The notes under the pieces are model-generated. The model made no database searches. It had not been told where the DNA came from and worked only from the letters and a program-made list of their open reading frames with translations. Below are positions 27,989 to 64,000 of a DNA stretch of 64,000 nt, piece after piece; the first letter of the stretch is position 1, and every line of letters begins with the position of its first letter. The translations under genes and the position numbers were made by a program. This DNA comes from Chrysomallon squamiferum (Eukaryota > Animalia > Mollusca), in the NCBI GenBank assembly GCA_012295275.1, contig CM022679.1, positions 2,418,001 to 2,482,000 on the forward strand. The letters are read 5' to 3'.

Positions 27989-29900
27989 TCATTACAGAAC
28001 TGAATCAGTACAAAAACATTATAAAATATGTTACATGTTTGTTACATCAGTCAATCATCTGTTAAATTAGCACATCATTTGACATCTGATGATCAATTGT
28101 TACACTGACATCTGGTGATGATTGTCTGTTACAGATCATTCATTAGCTGACATTGCATCTTATCATTTAAATATTGTATTACACACATTTGATGTAAATA
28201 ACATGTTGACTGCAGCTGTATTTTCAACATAGATTTTTGGTTGTATTTGAATATTCATCAAATCTTGTACACTTAATTTGGTGTTTCATCAAATTGTGAA
28301 TACTTTTGTTTGGTGTTTCATCATCAGTTCATAATATATGAAATCCAGCAGGCAGTGAAAATATTTTTGTAAAACTTTTTGTTTAAACTATATGTGAAAT
28401 ATTACCTGGGAATAGAAATTTATTTTATATTTGGTGATGGTGACTATTATTATTTTTGTTTAATTATGTGAAATGTTAAAACTTTTTTTTATAATTTGTC
28501 CATGATGTTAGTGCCTTTTACTTTACAAATGTGTTCACGTTGTATTTTCCAAAAAAACAACTTGTCAGTGAAAATGAAATTTGTGTCACAGAGAACCATA
28601 TTAATTATCTTAGTTAGCAGAAAGGGGTGGGGTGTTCTATACATCTTCTCATCTTGGTTTGTGATTTGCTCAAATCCATGTATTCTCATTTCTTTTACTT
28701 TATTTACTTATTTTAAAAATTTATATGTATTTTTATTAATGTTTGTGTGTTTACATGTTGGGTTATTAATGTATGTAAAGATCACTTTATTTTGCTGTGT
28801 AATATTGATGTTTGACAGTATTATCGGTTTTCTGTAGGCGTTAACATTGATATATATACATGTAATTATGTCCAGTGTTAGGTTTTTACTAAATAAAACT
28901 GTTTAACAGTTGCAATCATTAGTATGACATTAATTAAAAAATAAATTAAATCATGATTATTGAAATAATTTTAAAATACAATTTATTTGTTTACATCTTA
29001 CAATGATTTATTTTTAATTTATAATTATTATAATAAGACCTTTAACTGTTGAATTTTAGTTTAAAATTTAAAAATTAATTTTACATTAACTCTTTAAGTC
29101 TTCCATTTACAGTTACCTGCAAAGAAGTGAAGGTTTCTTGTGTCATTGTGACATTTGATTCATTATCATGTTTATAAAAGTGAAAACAAATGTTTTAAGT
29201 GCCTTCTGATGATCTGTGATGTCACTGACTTCACAGACTGAGTCTCGTTGTGTTACTGTCTGATTTACACTGTTTACCTCTGTGTCTTCCAGATTGCATA
29301 ATTTATACCAATCTATCTTGTTTCTAATCAGAACCACTTTTATTTATTGTTTAGAAATAAAACATTCCATCCTCTTTTTATTGTTCTGTTCTTTATTGTT
29401 TGTTTGGATTTAATAACAAACCAACACACACATAAAAATAATAATAATAATAAATAAATAAATAAATTAAAAGTAATAATAATAAAAAAAAAAAAAATAA
29501 ATAAATAAAATACTGCTACTAATAATAATATTAAAAGAAAAATCCAATAATAATATAGTTAAATATTTAACTGAAAAATATTTTCGAAATCATGATTCTG
29601 GTTGTTGTTTTAATTGTTGATCTTTAACAGTAAGTTTAAGTAAAACTGTGTGTGTGCTTAGGTTTGTGTGTGCAGGATTTGAAATTAACATGCAAATAGT
29701 TCAAATGTGTCAGTGTTAAAATACAACTGCTTATTACTCTGCGAATTTATATTTGTGTAGGTTGAAGTTCCCAACATCTCAATGCACTACTCATACACAC
29801 ATAACATCACAGCTGTGTGAATCACTTGTACTAACAAGATTTTCTTTTTCTTTTAGTATTGTATTTTCTTAATTGTATTTTTATTTTAATTTTTTTTATT

Positions 29901-29939
<39 letters not shown>

Positions 29940-30537
29940 ATATTATTTATTTTATTATTTGATTTTTTTTAATGAGAAAATATCAACATCCATACAAAAC
30001 TATATTTCAAAAAAAAAAATCTATGTAACTTCATTTAGAAACTTTAAAATTTTCACAGTATGGCCTGTTAGATCATACACAAGCAAACAAGATTTTTTTC
30101 CCTCAGTATTATTATTGTTTTCGCTGCTGAGGTTTTGACCTAAAGACAAAATGACACAGATAAGTGGGTTTAGTGTGATGAAGAGAGGCATTGTGGGTTC
30201 AGCAGGAACAAAAGACTCATTGACATTGGTAAAACTGCTTTCATCTTTTAATGATTTTCATCTCAGTCCCAGATGAAGATTTTCAACCTCTTGACTCAGT
30301 TTTCACCACAGAGAAGCAAGTTAGCTGAAATATCAGTGTGTTACAAGCTGTACATGGTAAAGTGCTGTTGTAAAATGTGTGGTGTGTTTATTTGTCTGTC
30401 TGTGTGTGTGCATTTGTGTATGAGTCTACATGTGTTTGTATATATATGCATTTATTTATTTATTTATTGATGTAATTACAGAGAAAGCAAGTTTCTGAGA
30501 CTGATGGTTAAGTTTGTGAGTATAAAAACAATCACAC

Positions 30538-30543
<6 letters not shown>

Positions 30544-30601
<58 letters not shown>
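30544..30601. repeat. (AG)n microsatellite
   Basis: Direct reading. Confidence 0.95.
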
Positions 30602-30603
<2 letters not shown>

Positions 30604-31180
30604 AATAGGTGGATATAAACAAGTATTACAGTATGTCTGTGTGTAAATATGTGAGATAGAAATTAATGATTCTGTAATTTATATACTTGAAATATAAAAG
30701 CAGGTTTATTAATGTATGTATAATATGATTATTTGTTGTATTTATGAATATGTGCTTCTAAGTTATAGAACAAAACTGAAGAATATTAATAACTTAATCT
30801 TTATCTAACACAAGTAGTTTTGAAAATAAAGAAAAGACATTACTCTAAAGTGAAATGACACATGGCTGTAATATTCAGTTGAAAGAAGAAATTAAAATCC
30901 CAAATAATAATGTTTTTATTTATTAACATTTAAAGCTTCCATGCCACATTAAACATTATCCTGTGACCGAACAGAAAAGAAAAAAACGATTACTGTTTGT
31001 TGCACCATTAAATGTGAAAACAACTCTGGTAGAGAATGGTTTTAATGGAGGAGTTTGTTGTATGTAAATTCCTCCATGGTTACGGTGGACCTGTGTATGA
31101 TATGTGCCAGTGAATGTGACAGACAGCTGGTAATCTTCTCCCATATTTGCTTTACAAAGAAATCTTCACTTAGTGCTTGT

Positions 31181-32195
31181 CAACTAAAGTAACACAGTCA
31201 GCACTGGATACTCATCAACAAAAGTAACACAGTCAACACTGGGTATTCCTCAACAAAAGTAACACAATCAACACTGGGTATTCTCATCAACAAAAGTAAC
31301 ACAATCAACACTGGGTATTCATCAACAAAAGTAACACAATCAACACTGGATACTCATCAACAAAAGTAACACAGTCAACACTGGTTACTCATCAATTAAA
31401 GTAACACAGTCAACACTGGATACTCATCAACTAAAGTAACACAATCAACACTGGATACTCATCAACTAAAGTAACACAATCAACACTGGATACTCATCAA
31501 CAAAAGTAACACAATCAACACTGGTTTCTCATCAACAAAAGTAACACAATCAACACTGGGTACTCATCAACTAAAGTAACACAATCAACACTGGGTACTC
31601 ATTCACAAAAGTAACTCAATCAATACTGGATACTTATTATCAAAAATAACACAGTCAACACTGGATACTCATCAACTAAAGTAACACAATCAACACTGGA
31701 TACTCATCAACTAAAGTAACACAATCAACACTGGATACTCATCAACTAAAGTAACACAATCAATACTGGATACTCATCAACTAAAGTAACACAATCAACA
31801 CTGGGTACTCATCAACTAAAGTAACACAATCAACACTGGACACTCATCAACTAAAGTAACACAGTCAACACTGGGTACTCATCAACAAAAGTAACTCAAT
31901 CAATACTGGATACTCATCAACTAAAGTAACACAATCAACACTGGGTACTCATCAACTAAAGTAACACAATCAACACTGGACACTCATCAACTAAAGTAAC
32001 ACAGTCAACACTGGGTACTCATCAACAAAAGTAACTCAATCAATACTGGATACTTATTATCAAAAATAACACAGTCAACACTGGATACTCTTCAACTAAA
32101 GTAACACAGTCAACACTGGGTACTCATCAACAAAAGTAACTCAATCAATACTGGATACTTATTATAAAAAATAATACAATCAGCACTGGATACTA
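31181..32195. repeat. 35-bp minisatellite, ~29 copies
   Basis: Unit caactaaagtaacacaatcaacactggatactcat. Confidence 0.95.
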
Positions 32196-33615
32196 AAGAA
32201 AATGCTACACATTCATTAACAAAAGTATCAGAAATGTAAACAACACTGAATATTCTTAAACAAAAGTAAAGCATTAACAGTTAGTGCTATGAGTTGTAGG
32301 CTTTAAGATTGGTGACATTGAGATCCCAATCAGCTACAAGATGCAGTTAGGCAACATTATACCACTAACCACTAATCTTCTAACTTACTAACACTGTCAA
32401 GAATCACACACTCTTCAACTGCACAGGACACATTTGGCTTAATCTTCCCTTTGTTTGCCTGATTTATATACAAATCTGTTGCAGTGTGTCCACAACAAAT
32501 CTTCTTACACTTTAACAGTGAGGTGTGTTTAAAAACAGTTGCATTAAGTGTATTTTGTTTTTGTTTCTTTTTTTAATTAATTAATTAATTTATTTATTTT
32601 TATTTATGTTTGTTTGTTTGTTTGTTTTTTGTGTTTTATTTATTTATTATGTTTTTGTTGTTTATATTGTTATTATTGCTATTGTAACTGTTATTAATTA
32701 AAACTGTTGTCATTAAAAACTGTGTGAGTTTATTTTTGTGTGTATAGCTATAAATAAACAGTGTATTTATATATGTATATATATCTGTGTAAGAAGAAAC
32801 TTATCTCTTAATCTTTTTCTGTTACTAAATGTGAGAAAACTCTGAATGTGCAGTCAATAAGTCAATCACAACTGTCAAACTTTCAGTGTCATTCAGGCAG
32901 TAAATGCCACATTAAACCTGCTTTGTGTGAATGTCTGTTTGTGTTGTCTTTCAAAGCGCACACAGAAATGACATTTATGCAATGAAGGAAAATGTTCTCA
33001 GTGTTAAAACCTTGAATGAAAGAGCTGGTGTTTATGACAAGAAGTTCTTGTGACTAACTGACTTTAATTTATAGCTTGTAGATTTTGTGTCTGCTCACTG
33101 AAGAGACTTCTGCTGTGGGAATGCAGAGAAGTGATGTATACCTCACATCAGGTTTTATTGGCTGGTAATATGATGTAGTTTTGTGTGTATGTCTTATGTC
33201 TGTATGTATTAATTTTGAAAAACCAAATCTGGAAAGAAAACTTTTGGTTTATAGGTTCGTGAGAATTTGAACTCTCTGTGTTATGTAATTTGGAAACAGG
33301 TTTGTAGAAAATATTATCATTTTTATCTTTATTATTATTACTGATGATGTTTCTACAAAACTATCTCTCAGTTTTTGAAATCAGTAAATGTTTTTGATAT
33401 AAATGTTATATTGTAAATAGTTTTCACAAAGAAAAACAGTCAGAATGTTTACATCAAAATCACGAAATTTCTAATGTAAATAAATAGATGAAAAGCACAT
33501 AGATATATTATTAATATATAAATAAATATAAAGTAAATAAGTAAATAAAACTAATTAAATGATATATATAGATATGTAGGTAGGTAGGTAGGTATAGATA
33601 GATAGATATAGATCT

Positions 33616-33885
33616 ATGTCTGTATGTGTATATTTATTTATTTATGTCTGTGTGTATGGATATGTGTGTATGTATATGTGTATGTTTATGTGTATAAGAG
33701 TGCATGAATGTATGTATGTATGTATGTGTGTATGTATGTATGTATGTGTGTATGTATGTATGTATGTGTGTGTGTATGTATGTATGTATGTATGTATGTA
33801 TGTGTGTATGTATGTATGTATGTGTATGTATGTATGTATGTATGTATGTGTGTATGTATGTATGTGTGTGTGTATGTATGTATGT

Positions 33886-33930
<45 letters not shown>

Positions 33931-34050
33931 TGTGTGTGTATGTATGTGTGTATGTATGTATGTATGTATGTATGTATGTATGTATGTATGTATGTATGTA
34001 TGTATGTATGTATGTATGTATGTGTGTATGTATGTGTGTATGTATGTATA
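33616..34050. repeat. (TATG)n/(TG)n compound microsatellite
   Basis: Direct reading. Confidence 0.95.
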
Positions 34051-34203
34051 CATGTGTAAATAATTAATTAAATATACAAGAATTCAATTTTTCAGCATTC
34101 TAACTATTACATTTCAATTTTAATTATTTAAAAAAAAAAACATTTGTTTCAGAAGAAGCAGATTAAGAGAGACATCATCTGAAGATCACACCTGTAATAA
34201 GAC

Positions 34204-63675
<29,472 letters not shown>

Positions 63676-64000
63676 GTGAGAACCACTGACCTACCCCTCG
63701 ATTTGTATTTTATATAAACAAAATATCTAAAACTAGATTTTTATATCTTTTATTTGTTTTACTGATTGGTTATTGATACCATAAAATATAAAAAACAAAT
63801 AAAATAAACAAATATAAAAATAAATAAAGAATATACAATAAAAAAAAAATAAAAAGAAAAGAAATTAAATAAATAAGCCTACAAGCAAGCCATCCATCAA
63901 AAAACAGTAAACAAATAAAAAAAAAATTATAATAATAAATAAAAAAGAAAAAGAAATAAATAAAAACAATTATAAAAATTGGTTCCTATCTTCAAACTCA

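Noticed and set aside
27669-27992. Repetitive minus-strand ORFs (WTMLCLGL...)
   Set aside because: Translations of the 17-bp minisatellite.
28086-28150. C/D-box snoRNA-like order of TGATGA, CTGA, GTGATGA, CTGA
   Set aside because: No terminal stem, no convincing rRNA antisense element and no evident host intron; snoScan or Infernal would be needed.
31181-32195. CRISPR-like appearance of the 35-bp array
   Set aside because: Head-to-tail units with no unique spacers, no cas genes, eukaryotic context.
33121-33164. Short ATG-initiated phase-2 segments (33121-33164, and 48212-48228)
   Set aside because: Weak donors and very short; the phase match is plausibly chance.
33616-34067. MYVC/HTYI-type ORFs here and at 1.3, 3.3, 13, 45 and 56 kb; poly-T/L ORFs at 9.9 and 43.3 kb
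   Set aside because: Microsatellite translations, open in several frames and on both strands.

Overview
Eukaryotic, very AT-rich and microsatellite-rich genomic DNA. It is animal; degenerate SINE relics resemble a gastropod/mollusc family, from recall only. Two protein-coding genes are supported, both on the + strand. (1) An MFSD6L-like major-facilitator transporter with an intronless CDS (21690-23513, 607 aa). (2) A large EF-hand + WD40 gene of the WDR49(CFAP337)/WDY/WDR95/EFCAB8 ciliary-flagellar family. Its conserved core has 13 GT-AG exons from 56941 to 63675 and runs off the right edge, with a 1-nt frameshift in a C-run at 61354-61358. Upstream (30-55 kb) lie several candidate alternative first or bridging exons whose splice phases fit the shared acceptor at 56941, some at RFX X-box-like motifs; this is the most interesting structure here. 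The left 20 kb has no recognisable CDS, but holds candidate minus-strand exons, a CpG-retaining promoter zone (19.2-21 kb) and an X-box/CCAAT module near 5.5 kb. Most ORFs in the supplied track are microsatellite artefacts. All gene models were read by eye; no database search was run.
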